The notes beneath the pieces are model-generated. The model did no database searches and was not told the origin of the DNA. It saw nothing but the letters and a program-made list of their open reading frames with translations. Source: Octopus bimaculoides (taxonomy: Eukaryota). Taken from it: 49,484 bases of DNA. Positions 24,501-38,527 of this stretch are shown piece by piece (position 1 is the stretch's first letter; every line of letters starts with the position of its first letter). The stretch is from the NCBI RefSeq assembly GCF_001194135.2, contig NC_068983.1, positions 27,672,205 through 27,721,688 of the forward strand. Reading direction: 5' to 3'. The translations under genes were made by a program, and so were the position numbers.

Positions 24501-26284
24501 ATATGGCATTTGTTGCTGACGTTGTTGTTTCGTAACGATTGCTTTCTCCAAGTAACCAATCGATGACATTTTATCGTTTTGCTTCATTTAACATTGAAGT
24601 TTTCTCTTTGAAACTTTTAGATTAATATTGTAATAAACCATTGTATTCAGTGTGTATTTGAGAATCTTAACGTTGTTGCGGTTTTTCTATACTGCCAAGA
24701 AAACAAGGAAAACAACAGCAACAGAAACAACGAGTTGACCAATTCAAACTACTCGAATGTTTTGTATAATAAGATTTTGCTTTATTTCGATAATAATTCT
24801 GCCAGAATCCCTCTTTTTATTTTGTTATTTAGTTATTATTGTCTAGAACAATATTTTAGAAGTCACAGCTATATCAATATAAGTCAATTTGCTTAAGAAT
24901 ATTCTTGGAAGAATGATGCTAAAATCTATTGACTGGATAAGCAAAAAATAATGTTTTCAGCTTCCTTGGCATTGAATTGAAAATATTAGGAAAGATAGAG
25001 AAAGCTAATATAATTCTTGCTATGATATAATTAATTTCATTTTATTTTAAATTATATATACACACACATACTTACAGATTACAGAGAAAACTAAATATAT
25101 GTTTGTACGCGTGTGTCTCTGTCTATGTTTGTGTGTTCAATTATGCTTGTGTCTATATGTATGTGCCGTGATATGTATGCATGTGTGCGTATCTTTGTAA
25201 AATATCACGTACAGAGCAACAGCTATCGACCCTGTGCCATAGTTTATGCTCCATGCTAATGGTTTATCGTCTATTCTCTACAGAAAATAAATTTAGAATA
25301 AAATAAATTTTATTCTCTGATGATAACAAAGATGATGCTGCAAAGTCGCGAGCGAAAGTAACAGGCTGCGCCCCCTGTGCAAAAGGCTATGATGATATAA
25401 AAAATATATAAAATAAATTTCAAAACTCCAACCACGGACTAAATTACGTTAGCCGATGATATTTTTATGAGAGCGCAAAACAGAAATGCTACTAAAAGAA
25501 TACCACAAATAAAATATCCACAACAAACAGAAAAGCCACCACGAGCCAATGTTCAAGTCAGCACGTTATTTTCCAATTTGACATAACTGGCAACCAAATT
25601 TCACACAGCGCTCGCGGCCTATTAAAGTAAGAAAGAACGCCATAATATAATCTTTGTTACACTACGTGAAACAAAAGACAAAAGCATGTCTCCTCATGGA
25701 GCTGAACAATCACGGTTAACTTGCATCTGAATAGTAATTTCATGAAAGCAGGCAAAGGAAGACTCGATTCATCTCTCGTTTACTACTAGAATCAAATATA
25801 TCTGCTGTGAGGGGGAAAAAAAAAGAACCTGATGCCAGCGAGATATATTTTCTTTCACTTATACACAAATGTATGTTGTCGCCAAATGTATGGCATTTCA
25901 AAGCAGCCTGTCATGGTTCATGGTTAATACATGGATGAAATCAGTCCTGTATGGACAAGAAGACATAGATATACATTCATGGCTTGATATATATATATAT
26001 ATATATANNNNNNNNNNNNNNNNNNNNNNNNNNNNNNNNNNNNNNNNNNNNNNNNNNNNNNNNNNNNNNNNNNNNNNNNNNNNNNNNNNNNNCAGAATAG
26101 TGAATCTCGAAGCACAGGTAGAGCTATAAATGGAAGTTTTATACGTGCTTGTCGATTCACTATTCCGAAAGAGAATTGTTTCACGTTCTCTCGAAAGTTT
26201 ATAAAAAGATATATGACGTCAAAAATGTGTGTTTGTGTATGCGTGTGTATGTATGTGTGTGTGCGTGTGTGTCTGTGTGCGTGC

Positions 26285-26335
<51 letters not shown>

Positions 26336-27417
26336 CTTCCCTTAAGGCTTGATGTTAGTGTTCCATCTTTAATGCTTCGAGTTTTAACAGTTTTCATATC
26401 AAATCTCGTCAAAGTAAACAAATTTGTATTCCAGCTTCCATGATTCGATAAAAAGTATTTCTTAGAAAAGTAACACTAATTATGCCATTGCAAGCTGCAG
26501 AAATTTTAGAGCTCGGCACGAATTTTTCACCAGTCAGGTACGCTGCTTTCGTTCTAAGCTCCAATTCCCATAAGATGATCCTCGGTGTTTGGGTTTTGGG
26601 AAATATATTTATAAATCAAGTCCAGAGAAAGTACACACCATATTGTATGGCCTATTGCCAAAGATAGTAATCAATAATACATTGTAGTTTTGTTGCAGAC
26701 AACTGTTCATTGGATAAAAAAAACTATCACGCCTAATACTTGATAAAAACAAACCTATAAACAGCTACTATGTATGATACATTGGGAGATGAGGCAGAAA
26801 ATTTGTATAGAAGAAATATAACTTATTAATTGCATAGGAGCTAAGTTCCAGTTAAGATCGAGCCTTAAAAGTTATCTTTATTATTCTGTGTCGATGAATT
26901 CTTATTCTATAGTCAGCCCTTATATCTAGGATTAAATTTTTCCGATAAGTCGATCCTTTGTTTAGGTTTATTTGGGTGTGGTTTTAGAGATATCTTGCTA
27001 CTATTTTTAAACATTGACGAATCCCATTGAAATCTAGTCTTTGGTTTGCAGAGTTTAATATATTTTAGTTTCTTTTATATATCCTTCTTGTGTGCGTGGG
27101 AAGGGGAAATAATAATGTCGTAGGCAGACATTCGTAAAATAAGGAGAAATATTACTATATGACACAAATAAATTTCGTCCGTGTAGCTTTTATCCTTTCT
27201 TTCTCTCTCTCCTCTCGTAGCCACTTCGACGTGGCTGTTCCGTTCAAGCGAAATTTACTGCTATTTTTTAACCCCAAGAGGACATCTCCCCTAGTTGGTT
27301 AACGACGCACAGCTACATCCGATATATTGCGAGCAGTGGAACGAACCCCTACCATCTTCTAGCGATAGGACCGGCATACCAGTCTGGTTTTGGGGGTATT
27401 TCTGACTCCCTTCCTAT

Positions 27418-27459
<42 letters not shown>

Positions 27460-28199
27460 GCATATAAGAGAGAGGAGAGAGTATTTTATGATTTTCTTAT
27501 TCAATAGTATCGGCTCCTGACATGATTTTTGAATGTATACTCGGTGATCTTCATAATCAATGAGACCATTAACAAGAAGTCATAGAAAAATAGCATAAAT
27601 CTTTTCCACGCGCGTCCGTTCTTAGCACTATAAAGGCACATACGGAGATCTAAACTATTAGTTATATGACAAGCATTTTAACGCGTGCTTACAACTATAA
27701 CATTACGCGTTTGTGCATGTACATATATTTATGTGTATCGATATGTTTGTCTCTATATGGAACAATAGCATTTATCCATCTATCGTGTTATCTGTTTCCA
27801 TTTAATAGTGATATCGTTAACATTCTTGCAGGATCTGCACATATTACCAGTGTAGCTTATAATACACTTTTCGTTGGAAGAATACCTTAAAAGGCATTTG
27901 ATAACAGTTATCATCATAGACATCTACCAAATCATCGATCCAACACGAAATCCTCAAAGGAACCTGAAGGCATTTGATATCTACTACATCGTGAATTTGT
28001 ACTCGATAATAGTCAGTTTCATTTAAAATTTGATGAATCATAATCTCCAAATGATGAGTCAACTTTGATCTCTAGAAATACATCACCGTTATCATCGTTT
28101 TCATATCTGATTTTAAACAATACCAAATGAACCACCCATAAACCCAAAAGCTTACACATGGATTCACAATCAACTACACACACGAACAACTGTACTCAC

Positions 28200-28223
28200 C
28201 ACACACACACACACACGCACGCA

Positions 28224-28255
<32 letters not shown>

Positions 28256-28258
28256 CAC

Positions 28259-28310
<52 letters not shown>
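28200..28310. repeat. (CA)n/(CACG)n microsatellite
   Basis: Directly visible. Confidence 0.95.
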
Positions 28311-28591
28311 CACATAAATGAACGTAATCTGAAACACCGGGACCGAAATAACAGGTTATCATCCTTGTAAACAGTGCCCTGGCATGACCGAAGCACCCTC
28401 AAATTTAAAATTGTTTCGTGAATAAGCATGACGCAATTTGTACGTTCGCATTAATTTAGGTGAAGATATAAATTCCAGTTACGATTAGTACATTTTTATA
28501 GGCTAGTGTTCCTTATTACTAACGATAAAATTTATTACTATCGTTGTTGTTGTTGTTGTTGTCGTTATATTCATTATTATTACTGCTGTAA

Positions 28592-29800
28592 AGGCGGCTC
28601 GTTAGCACGCAGGGGGAAATGCTTAGCGGTATTTCATCCACTTTTTACGTTCTGAGTTCAAATTCCATCGAGGTCGACTTTGTCTTTCATCCATTCGGGG
28701 TCGATAGATTAAGTACTAGTGAAATACTGGTGTCGATGTGATTGACTAATCCTATCCCCCAAAAATTTAGGCCTCGTGCCTATAGTAGAAAGGATTATTA
28801 TTTATTTCCTTATTGCCCTCAGGGTGTTTAAAATAGAGCGTCAAACAAGGACAGACAAAGGGATTAAGTCGATCACATCAACCCCAGTGCGTAACTGATA
28901 CTTATTCAATCGACTCCGAAAAGTTGAAAGGCAAATTTGACCTCCTCGGAATTTGAACCCAGAAGGTAACGGCAGACGAAACACTGCTAAACATTTCGTT
29001 CGGCGTGCTAACGATTCTGCCAGCTCTCCCACCTTAAGGGTTTTTATTATCGCTGTTGTTTATGTGGTGAGCTGGCAGAAACGTTAGCACGCCGGGCGAA
29101 ATGTTTAGCGCTATTTCGTCTGTCTTTACTTTCTGAGTTCAAATTCCGCCGAGGTCGACTTTGTCATTCATCCTTTCAGGATCGATAAATTAAGTACCAG
29201 TTGCGTACTGGAGTTGATCTTATCAACTGGCCCCCTCCCCAAAAATTTCGGGCCTTGTGCCTAAAGTAGAAAAGAATCATTAGTACCCCAGGCAGAACGC
29301 TTAGCGGTGTTTCATCCGTCTTAACGTTCTGAGTTCAAATTCCACCGAAATTGATTTTGCCTTTCATCATTTCAGGATCGATAAAATAAGTACCAGTTGA
29401 ACACTCGAGTCAATATAATCGACTTAGCTTCAATTAAAACTGCTGGGCTTGTGAACAAAATTTGAAACCATTCGTATTACAACTGCCAATATTGTTGTTA
29501 GTAATATAAGGCGGCGAGTTGGCGGAAGCGTTAGCACGCCAGGCGAAGTGCTTAGCAATTTTTCGTCTGTCTTTACGTTCTAAGTTCAAATTCCAACGAG
29601 GTCAACTTTGCATTTCATCCTTTCAGGGTCGATAAATTAAGTACTATTTTCGTACCGAGGGCAATCTAATCGACTGGCCTCCTCCACAAGAATTTCGGCC
29701 CTTACGTCTAGAGTAGGAATGAATCTTTAGCACGCTAGGCAAGATGTTTAGCGGTATTTCGTCCGTCTTTACGTTCCGAGCTCAAATTTCGCCGAGGTTG
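28592..29800. mobile_element. Cluster of six type B SINE copies: about 28592-28797 (+), 28800-29035 (-), 29063-29277 (+), 29288-29470 (+), 29507-29722 (+), 29727-29800 (+, truncated)
   Basis: Each carries all or part of GTTAGCAC...AATGCTTAGCGGTATTTCGTC...GTTCTGAGTTCAAATTCC...GAGGTCGACTTTG..TTTCATCCTTTCGGGGTCGATAAATTAAGTACCAG. Confidence 0.9.
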
Positions 29801-30004
29801 TTTCTTTTTTTTTATTTTGTTTATTTTTTTCTTTTTGTTGGTCAGTTACTTTTAACGTTTTGACAGAAAAAAATGTCATTCTAAAATTGTTTTTTTAACG
29901 TAAAGGTACCCAAACAAGTCGAATGCTTACACAGAGCAGGTTTTACAGCCATATCATCCAAACCGACTGGATGAAACCGGCCTTATCTGCTAGTACATAT
30001 GTAA

Positions 30005-30460
30005 ATGCAAGAGTAATTGTGTTGTTAAGAAGTTTGCTTGCCAAGCAATTAGCCCTGGGTTTAGTCTCACTGCACAGCACGTTGGACAACTTCCTTCTTT
30101 TATAACCCTGGGCCAGCAAAAACTGTGTGATTCTACTTGGTACCCTAAAGCTGGATGGAGCCCCATGATACATGATACATGAGTATCCTAAGGAAGTCCC
30201 CAACATACATAAGTTTGCGTCACTGTGTATGTATCTACATACAAATGTACCTTTGTGTCTGTGTTGCCACCTTACCCACGCTTGGAAACGGGTGCTGATT
30301 TGTGTGCCACTCCGTAACATAGCGGCGCGGGGAAAAGAAGGGAATGGGATAAATACCCGGCTTAAACATAAGTACTGGAATCGATTTGTCCGACTTAACC
30401 GCCAAGACATTATCCCAGCATGGTGCAGTCCATTGACAGAAGCGAATAAAAGATAAAAGA
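30005..30460 (+). mobile_element. Type A SINE, degenerate, full length
   Basis: Head GTTAAGAAGTTTGCTTGCCAA...GGGTTTAGTCTCACTGCACAGCAC; tail CCCAGCATGGTGCAGTCCATTGACAGAAGCGAATAAAAGATAAAAGA. Confidence 0.7.
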
Positions 30461-30471
30461 CACATACATAT

Positions 30472-30512
<41 letters not shown>

Positions 30513-30911
30513 NNNNNNNNNNNNNNNNNNNNNNNNNNNNNNNNNNNNNNNNNNNNNNNNNNNNNNNNNNNNNNNNNNNNNNNNNNNNNNNNNNNNNNNN
30601 NNNNNNNNNNNNNNNNNNNNNNNNNNNNNNNNNNNNNNNNNNNNNNNNNNNNNNNNNNNNNNNNNNNNNNNNNNNNNNNNNNNNNNNNNNNNNNNNNNNN
30701 NNNNNNNNNNNNNNNNNNNNNNNNNNNNNNNNNNNNNNNNNNNNNNNNNNNNNNNNNNNNNNNNNNNNNNNNNNNNNNNNNNNNNNNNNNNNNNNNNNNN
30801 NNNNNNNNNNNNNNNNNNNNNNNNNNNNNNNNNNNNNNNNNNNNNNNNNNNNNNNNNNNNNNNNNNNNNNNNNNNNNNNNNNNNNNNNNNNNNNNNNNNN
30901 NNNNNNNNNNN

Positions 30912-30942
<31 letters not shown>

Positions 30943-31444
30943 GTATGGAGGGGTTAGTAATTGACTTAACGTTAGAATTACCATTCAACATATATATATA
31001 TATATATACATTACTGTATTTTCAAGTTTCCCATAGTTTTAGCCTCTACGAATATTTCATAGCTCTCGAAGCACGTAATCATTCATGGATTATCGAACAC
31101 CCCACAAACGTGTTTAACACAAAGTATATTTTTATATAAATTTATAAACTATTAAATCCTATTTTATTATAATCCACCTTCCTTTAAATTGATTTTAAAA
31201 ACTTTTATGTTCGCAGTGGATATTTGAGAACTTTGTAAATTTCTTTTTTACAGGCAAATAATTCGCATGAAAATTCTTCATATTTCGGCTCCATCTGCTA
31301 TTTTCCAGTATTAATTTCTGTATTTCTATAGATTTGTATAGAAACAATAAGTTTCGGGCAAGGCGTTCTCTTTGCCATTCCATTGTGGCAGCATCACACT
31401 AGATATTTTTACTGAACTATAAACACGACATTATATCAGGCTGC

Positions 31445-31452
31445 TGTATATC

Positions 31453-31497
<45 letters not shown>

Positions 31498-31589
31498 GCA
31501 TGTCTGTCTGTTTATCTATCTAACTATTTATCTATTATCTATGTATCTATCTATTTCTCTTTCTCTCTCTCTCTCTCTCTCACTCTCTC

Positions 31590-31620
<31 letters not shown>

Positions 31621-31625
31621 CTCGA
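31445..31625. repeat. (TATC)n and (TC)n microsatellites
   Basis: Directly visible. Confidence 0.9.
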
Positions 31626-31639
31626 TATATGTATATCCT

Positions 31640-31850
31640 TTATTCTTTTACTGTTTCTATTATTTGACTGTGGCCATACTGGAGTACTGCCTTCAGTCGA
31701 ATGAATCGACACCATGACTTATTCTTGTAATCCTAATACTTATTGCATCGCTCATTTCGCCGAACCGCTAAGTTACGGGGAACGTAAACACACCAACGTC
31801 GGTCGTCAAGTGATGGTGCGAGGACAAACGCAGACACACGAATACATACA
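31640..31850 (-). mobile_element. Type A SINE, 3' half
   Basis: ATTTGACTGTGGCCATACTGGAGTACTGCC...GCCGAACCGCTAAGTTACGGGGAACGTAAACACACCAAC...GGACAAACGCAGACAC, running into (CA)n/(TA)n. Confidence 0.8.
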
Positions 31851-31882
31851 TGCATACATACACACACACACACACACACACT

Positions 31883-31943
<61 letters not shown>

Positions 31944-34035
31944 GCATATCTATGTATCTATCTATCATTATATATATAACGATAGATAGATACACAAATA
32001 GACAGCTAGCTAGCTAGATAGATAGATAGATAGATAGATATACATTTACACATTATATATCTGTGGTTGTTTCTGTATCTGTAAATGTGTTTGTAAGTAT
32101 CTGAGCATTAATGTATCTATCTGCGTGGTTACGTGCGATGTTATAACAATTGAAATCTTTTGTTTTAGCTCAATATAATATAATGCATTATATCTGAAAA
32201 CATGAATTAACTTTTATAATGAGATGATATAAACGTAAATATGTACTCTTGTCTTATTTATTTATTCTTTCTATATATACATTTATATACGTGTATATAT
32301 ATATGCATGTGCATATACATATATATATATATATATATATATGTACATACATTCAATATATATGTATATTCCCTACCGCAAAATTCTCTATTTTGTATTT
32401 TGCTACGTACAGTTGTTAACGTACATCGAGCCACGTGTACTTGCATATTTGTACAAAGAAGTAATCAGCATACACTTGTGGATACTATCTCCAATAGATT
32501 TCACATTCGAACCAACCTCGTAAAAAATTGATGCATTATTAAACTTATCTGAGGAATATTTAAACATCATAAAAAAATATTCGCCGATCTTATCTGATCT
32601 CTGTGGAAAATAGCAAAAATTGTACAATGTGTACTGTCATAGAAGATAAATCTGTGACTAGACAGGAAAAAACAGCAATTTCATCAAAGTAATTTCGCTA
32701 TGGCTAGGACTTTATAGTGATGGAAAACTGAGCTCTACCACTTTAAACATTCAGAACTAGTCGTTTAGTGTTAAGTGATGAAACAAGAATTATATGAATA
32801 CATAAAGGCAGAGCTATACTAAATTACACAAGCACACACACACACATACACGTGTGTGTGCGTGTGTGTTTGTGTGTGCATCTGAATGTGTGTGTGCGCG
32901 TGTGTGTGTGCATTCGGTTTATCAGGCATATCTGTCGAATTTTGCGTACAATCTCTTTGCTCGGCCTAATTTCAAACAGCTCAACCGGGATTTGTGCCAC
33001 ACCATCAATAAGTATCTTCTAATTTTCTCCTTTTCTCCCATTTATATTGCATCGTAATGATTCATATTTAAAATATGTCTGACTTCTGAAGCTACTTACA
33101 CGTTCTTGGACGCTGTCTTTTACTTCAACGTTCTTTTACGTAGCTTTCAACAGCATGTACTCTATCTATGAGGTGACACCACTGTACAGAATATCTTCCA
33201 AAAAGCAATCATTTCCTCACTTCAAAATGGTTTATGTGAGACACCACCCGCTGTTTTTGCGCCAATCACGTCCCCTAAAATGAGAGCTTGCCAACAGCCT
33301 TTCTTTTTTTGTCTGCTGTCTGCTTTCCCACTCATTTTCATAAGTTACATTTTCAAGCACTATACATCACCGACGAGCTTTACAGCTTCTTCTCGCCTCA
33401 AACTATAACAAACTTGGCCTCGAACTCCGTCAACATTGCACTTGTTTTATGTCACTCACGACAAGTCTGTAGCGTTCTCAAACACGAGAGAGTTATCACT
33501 CACCAATGCCAAACGGATAAACTTATTGTATTAAAGCTGAAACTTACTGTATAGAAACTGAACGGGATTTATTGAGGGAATCCTGTTTTCTCTTAAGTTT
33601 AGCGCCAGCTGATTTTCATGTAACGTGAAAAGAATTGCTTTGCTCAAGTATAAAACACACAGCCTTTTTCGAGAATGGAACGAAAGATCATGTGTTCTTG
33701 TATTTAATACACTAACAACTTCGCAATGCTACTTCATACAAACATATACATACCTAGCTACTCACATACACACACCCACATGGATATATATACCCACACG
33801 TACATATGTACATATACATTTATACATGTAACCTTAAACATACATACATACATACATACATAACAAAGCTACTTCGAAGACTGCAGATCCAATCCATCAC
33901 TGGAACTGTAAAAATCTGTAAAACTTTCCAGAAGTTTATCATTTAAATATATATGAGCATGTCTAGAAACGCAACTATATGCATGAGAATAGATACATAC
34001 ATAAAGCAAGATATTACAAATCTGCACATATACAT

Positions 34036-34490
34036 ACATGCATATATACAAACAAAAGTACCCTATTGTTCATATTGAAATTCCAATGAAGGAGCCTTGA
34101 ATCTAAGTTAGAAACCGACTCTCTCTATTGGCCAGAAATCTTGAAATAAAACTGAACAATGATATACATACAACGGCCTTTAATGTTGTTTTCACTGTCT
34201 AATTTTTCCTGTCTTGGTCTGTGCTTGCTACCTTGGAATCCTCTGTTTAGAAGGTTAATCCACTATTCAGGAAGAGCAATTCTAAGAGCACGTTCTGCCT
34301 CATCTTCGAAACGCCTAGTTTAGAATAGAGGCAGCTGATGAAGGAAAAATTCAGTAAGTGGCTCGTCTGTTTTCCTTCGTGTTCGTTCTGTTGTCTGTAA
34401 GCAAAGTCCGTTTTTGTGCTTTATGTTCCGGTTCCTTTTTCTGACGTCCGGTACCCGGATATGCATCTATATATACATGTAGATGTAGGT
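34036..34490 (+). repeat. Two adjacent Penelope-like interspersed repeat fragments with degenerate hammerhead-like words
   Basis: CCAATGAAGGAGCCTT...TAGAAACCG near 34083-34120; CTGCCTC (34295)...GAGGCAG (34328) stem directly followed by CTGATGA (34335); T-rich tail ending GTACCCGGATATGCATC, like 17122-17530. Confidence 0.4.
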
Positions 34491-34541
34491 TTGTACATAT
34501 ATGTATGTATACATGCATATGCTCATATATCATTCATATTA

Positions 34542-34601
<60 letters not shown>

Positions 34602-34855
34602 CTCTATATACGTGTGAATATGTGTATGAAGCAATCGCTTCTCAGAATTTCTTAATGTCTAAGATTCTTCACAGAGCATTAAAAATGTATTTCTTGGCCG
34701 AAGGATCGTTTCTTCCAAGATCTTAGTAGCACCAGAAAATTCCCAGCTGTGTCTAACTTATGTTCAGTTATGTGTAATAAATACACTTGCACCGATTTAT
34801 TAAAATACAGAGTTGTATCTACATACATACATAAATATACATACATATCTATCTA

Positions 34856-34856
34856 C

Positions 34857-34929
<73 letters not shown>

Positions 34930-35055
34930 TAGCTATAGATATAGATATATAGATATAGATGTATGTATGTATGTATGTATGTATGAATATGTATAAATAT
35001 GTGTACCTCTGTGTGTGTGTGTGTGTGTGTGCGTGTGTGTGTGTGTGTGTGTGTT
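34856..35055. repeat. (GATA)n, (TATG)n and (TG)n microsatellites
   Basis: Directly visible. Confidence 0.95.
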
Positions 35056-36019
35056 TATAAGCTTGCCAATATATGCATACGGAGACATGTATTTAGCCAT
35101 CTGTGAAGATATTACACACATACATGTGTACAGATGGTTTTGTTCCTTAACAGCTGTATAAATGCCCGAAGCATATAAAGATATTTCCTTTTACATATAC
35201 ACTAATCGACAAACACCATCACTCACACACATGTACACACAAAGAAATAAATACTCAAACATTCAAACATATCAATCTTAAGTATGTTTAAAAAGCGAGA
35301 AAGGCATTTTAATGGTTTAGCTTTCGTGCCCATTAATGCATCAATATAGTTGAATGTAATGGTTAAAGCTGCTGCTTTTCTTTCTGCAGGTCACCTTGTG
35401 GAAAAGCATCAAGAAGTTTGCGATCATTCAAAGTTTACCATTAATCGTAACAGACTGGAAATTCGTTTTCCTTTTGCATTAATCTCTTCAAATCAACGTT
35501 TCCATTCAAATTTGGGCGACTACAGTAATGTCAGTTCTCAAGTAATCAACTGTTTGACTCTTGTGCTATCTTCTCAAGACACTCCTAAAACCAACAAATG
35601 AAAACCAAGCATACATACAAGACCATGAAAACTAACTCAAACAACGATGTTTTACATGACTACGGCAACGATGATGAAGATGATGACGATGACGCCGACG
35701 ACAAGACGACGACGACGACGATGCTGATGAGTCTTCCAGATTTAGGTTCAACTGAAACTAACTTAAGGACGAGGGCTGTAATCAGTTATATCGACTCCTG
35801 TACTTGGCAGGTATATTATTTTTTGAGCCCCCGGAGGAATAAGAAAGAAAGTTAACAGCGGTGGTATTTGAACTCAGAACGTAAACAGCCGGCATAACTG
35901 CAGTAAAATATTCCTTTCCACACTCTAACCATTCCGCCATCAATAATAATTATTTATACTCTAGGCACAAGGCCTTGGAGACTTTTGTAGAAGGAGGCTA
36001 GTCGATTCTATCGATCCTC

Positions 36020-36076
36020 ATGAAACGGTGGTGGTGCGGGGTTTGTTTGCAAATAGAGACGCAAAGAAACGTGTGA

Positions 36077-36162
<86 letters not shown>

Positions 36163-36305
36163 GCCGGGTTTTTTTCAGTTTCCGCCTACCAAATCCATGC
36201 ACAAAACATTGGTTGGCCGGTGGAAATAAGCTACCCAAGTTGTTACGCCCTGGAACTGAAGCTGGAGCTATGTGATTGGGAAGCACATTTTCTTACCACT
36301 CATCC
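36020..36305 (-). mobile_element. Type A SINE fragment with internal (CA)n/(TA)n
   Basis: GGGTTTTTTCAGTTTCCGCCTACCAAATCCATGCACAAAACATTGGTTGGCC...CTTACCACTC is the reverse complement of the type A head/body. Confidence 0.7.
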
Positions 36306-37535
36306 TAGTTCCTGCAAATAATCTTTTCTGTGTAGATTCAGATGGAGAAGCTACATTAGTAATGTGTTTTATAATCAGTTTGGTGTCTTTCTCAATATTT
36401 CCAGAGTTAAATCTAAGTGATTTTGTCTCAACATCAAAGAGAACATTTCCTCTTTATGGTACCACACCCTCTTCACTGGCAGCATAAATTGTTTTAGATT
36501 TTCTCGTATTTGTACATTTATTTTAAATACATTTGTCTAGATGTATTTGTCTCTGTGAACGTGAATTCTTTTACCATCATAGTTGAAAGAAAATGGCAGA
36601 GTGACGCTATTGGAAAGAGGATAACACTATATCGAACAATATTTATTTGTATCTCTATGCATTTGATGCCAGAATCAAGTTTTGGCGTTTATTTTCACGA
36701 GACACAAACCATTCAAATCCATGTAGGACCGTCTTTACGTTTCATCCTGCTGCGTTTGATAAAGAATAAAGTACAGCTGAACTCATATGCTGCGCTTAAA
36801 TACGGCATAAGTTCTGTAGTTAGACGTAGATGAAACTAGACAGCATAATTTTACTTTATATTAGCTGCATAAATAATCATTGCTGACACTGCACAACGAT
36901 TCTACGACTACTCTATTTCTGAGTGTGTCCGTGCGAGCGTGCATGTGTGTGAGAGAGAGAGAATGTATATGTGTGTGTCTATGTGTATCTGTGTGTCTGT
37001 GTGGTTTTGTGTGTGTGAGAGGGGAGAGTGTGTGAGTGTAAAGACATAAAGTAGAAGAAAGGGGATCATGTACTGGGGTTGAATTTCATGTCTGCTGTAA
37101 ATTGCGTCGCGTGTTAAAAACGTCATGAAAGGAGCCTCACAACTTCAACTGTTTAAATTAAAATCTTAACCTATAAAGCTAATAAATAGATAGATAGATA
37201 CATACATACATACATACATACATACATACATACATAGAGAGACAGTCAGACAGACATAAAGACAGTCAGAGAGACAGACAGTCAAAAAGACAAGCAGAAA
37301 AGCCTTTTTGCCTAAATTACAAATTTATTACAACAAAAGAGCACCCAGATTTCTTGATGAATTCTGTGTTCAAATACCGCTTGATATCAGTTTTGCATCT
37401 CAGTCCATCTGGGAACCAAAGAATGAAGTGTTACTACTAGGGTCAATAGTACCGACTAACCTCCTCCTCCCCTCAAACTCGCTGGCTTTGTGTCTAAATC
37501 AGAAACTATTATTATTATTATTGTTGTTATTGTTA

Positions 37536-37737
37536 GGCGGCGATCTGGCAGAATCGTTAGTATGCCGGGCATTTCGTTCGTCCTTTACGCTTTGAGTCGA
37601 AATTCCGGCGAGGTCGATTTTGCCTTTCATTCTTTCGGGATTGATAAAAGTAAGTACCAGTTGAGCACTGGGATTAATGCAATCGAGTTACTCCCTCCCT
37701 CGGAATTTCTGACCCTTTGTGCCAAAATTTGAAACCA
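37536..37737 (+). mobile_element. Type B SINE (tail variant 3, ...GTGCCAAAATTTGAAACCA)
   Basis: GGCGGCGATCTGGCAGAATCGTTAG...GAGGTCGATTTTGCCTTTCATTCTTTCGGGATTGATAAAAGTAAGTACCAG; flanked by (ATT)n. Confidence 0.85.
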
Positions 37738-38414
37738 TTATTATTGCTATTGGTGTCGTTTGCAATGTAGGAATTATTTAACATGAGGCCTGAGGAGATT
37801 ATGATTTGTCAGTGTGTACCTGAACATGTTTCATTCCGCAAAAAGATGTCTTCGAGATATTTTAGCGTCTACCCCATTACCATGGAGGTATAAGCTATAT
37901 TTTTTTATATTATTACGAAATATCGATTGCCTGCTGGTGATTACTATGGATTTTTCTGGAGGAAACGGGAACTGATGATAACTGCGATTGCTGTAACAAA
38001 TGATACACCTAGAAAATTTTGAACACAAATATGAATATTTCTTTTTAAAATCACAAGCAGAAAAAGATAACAATTATACAGTAAGCACAGTTATAATTAC
38101 ACACAAAATAATGATGATTCTACAAATAAACAGATCTGTCAGCACAGACTTTTAATTTTAGCACACAGAAGCGATTAGCAGATAATAGCAGCAGTAACAC
38201 CAACAGCAGCAGACATGAAAGAAAACTACTGTTACCAGAAGATACCCAGACACAACACATCCCCGTTCTTAGCAGCCTACAAATCAAAGCATAGGGCTCC
38301 TCTCACTCAGGACAGAACTGGCCAGAATGTCACCATCAATAGAACCCTCTACAGTTTATTTGCAACAGTGAAGAAATGAAAGATGGATATGATGTTAAAC
38401 TAACGGAATCAGCA

Positions 38415-38527
<113 letters not shown>

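Noticed and set aside
25363-25380. GCGCCCCCTG as a CTCF-like site
   Set aside because: Only the 3' ten bases of the core match; a single motif without binding or conservation data is not evidence.
27844-28140. Protein-like minus-strand translations (LFKIRYENDDNGDVFLEIKVDSS; NETDYYRVQIHDVVD)
   Set aside because: They are in different frames, interrupted by stops, with no recognisable family or convincing splice sites.
28592-29800. Regularly recurring ~200-bp units as a CRISPR-like or satellite array
   Set aside because: Units are diverged SINEs in mixed orientation; there is no repeat-spacer structure or cas gene, and the DNA is eukaryotic.
36310-36500. Protein-like minus-strand frame KTIYAASEEGVVP*RGNVLFDVETKSLRF
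   Set aside because: Internal stop, no known motif and no exon boundaries.
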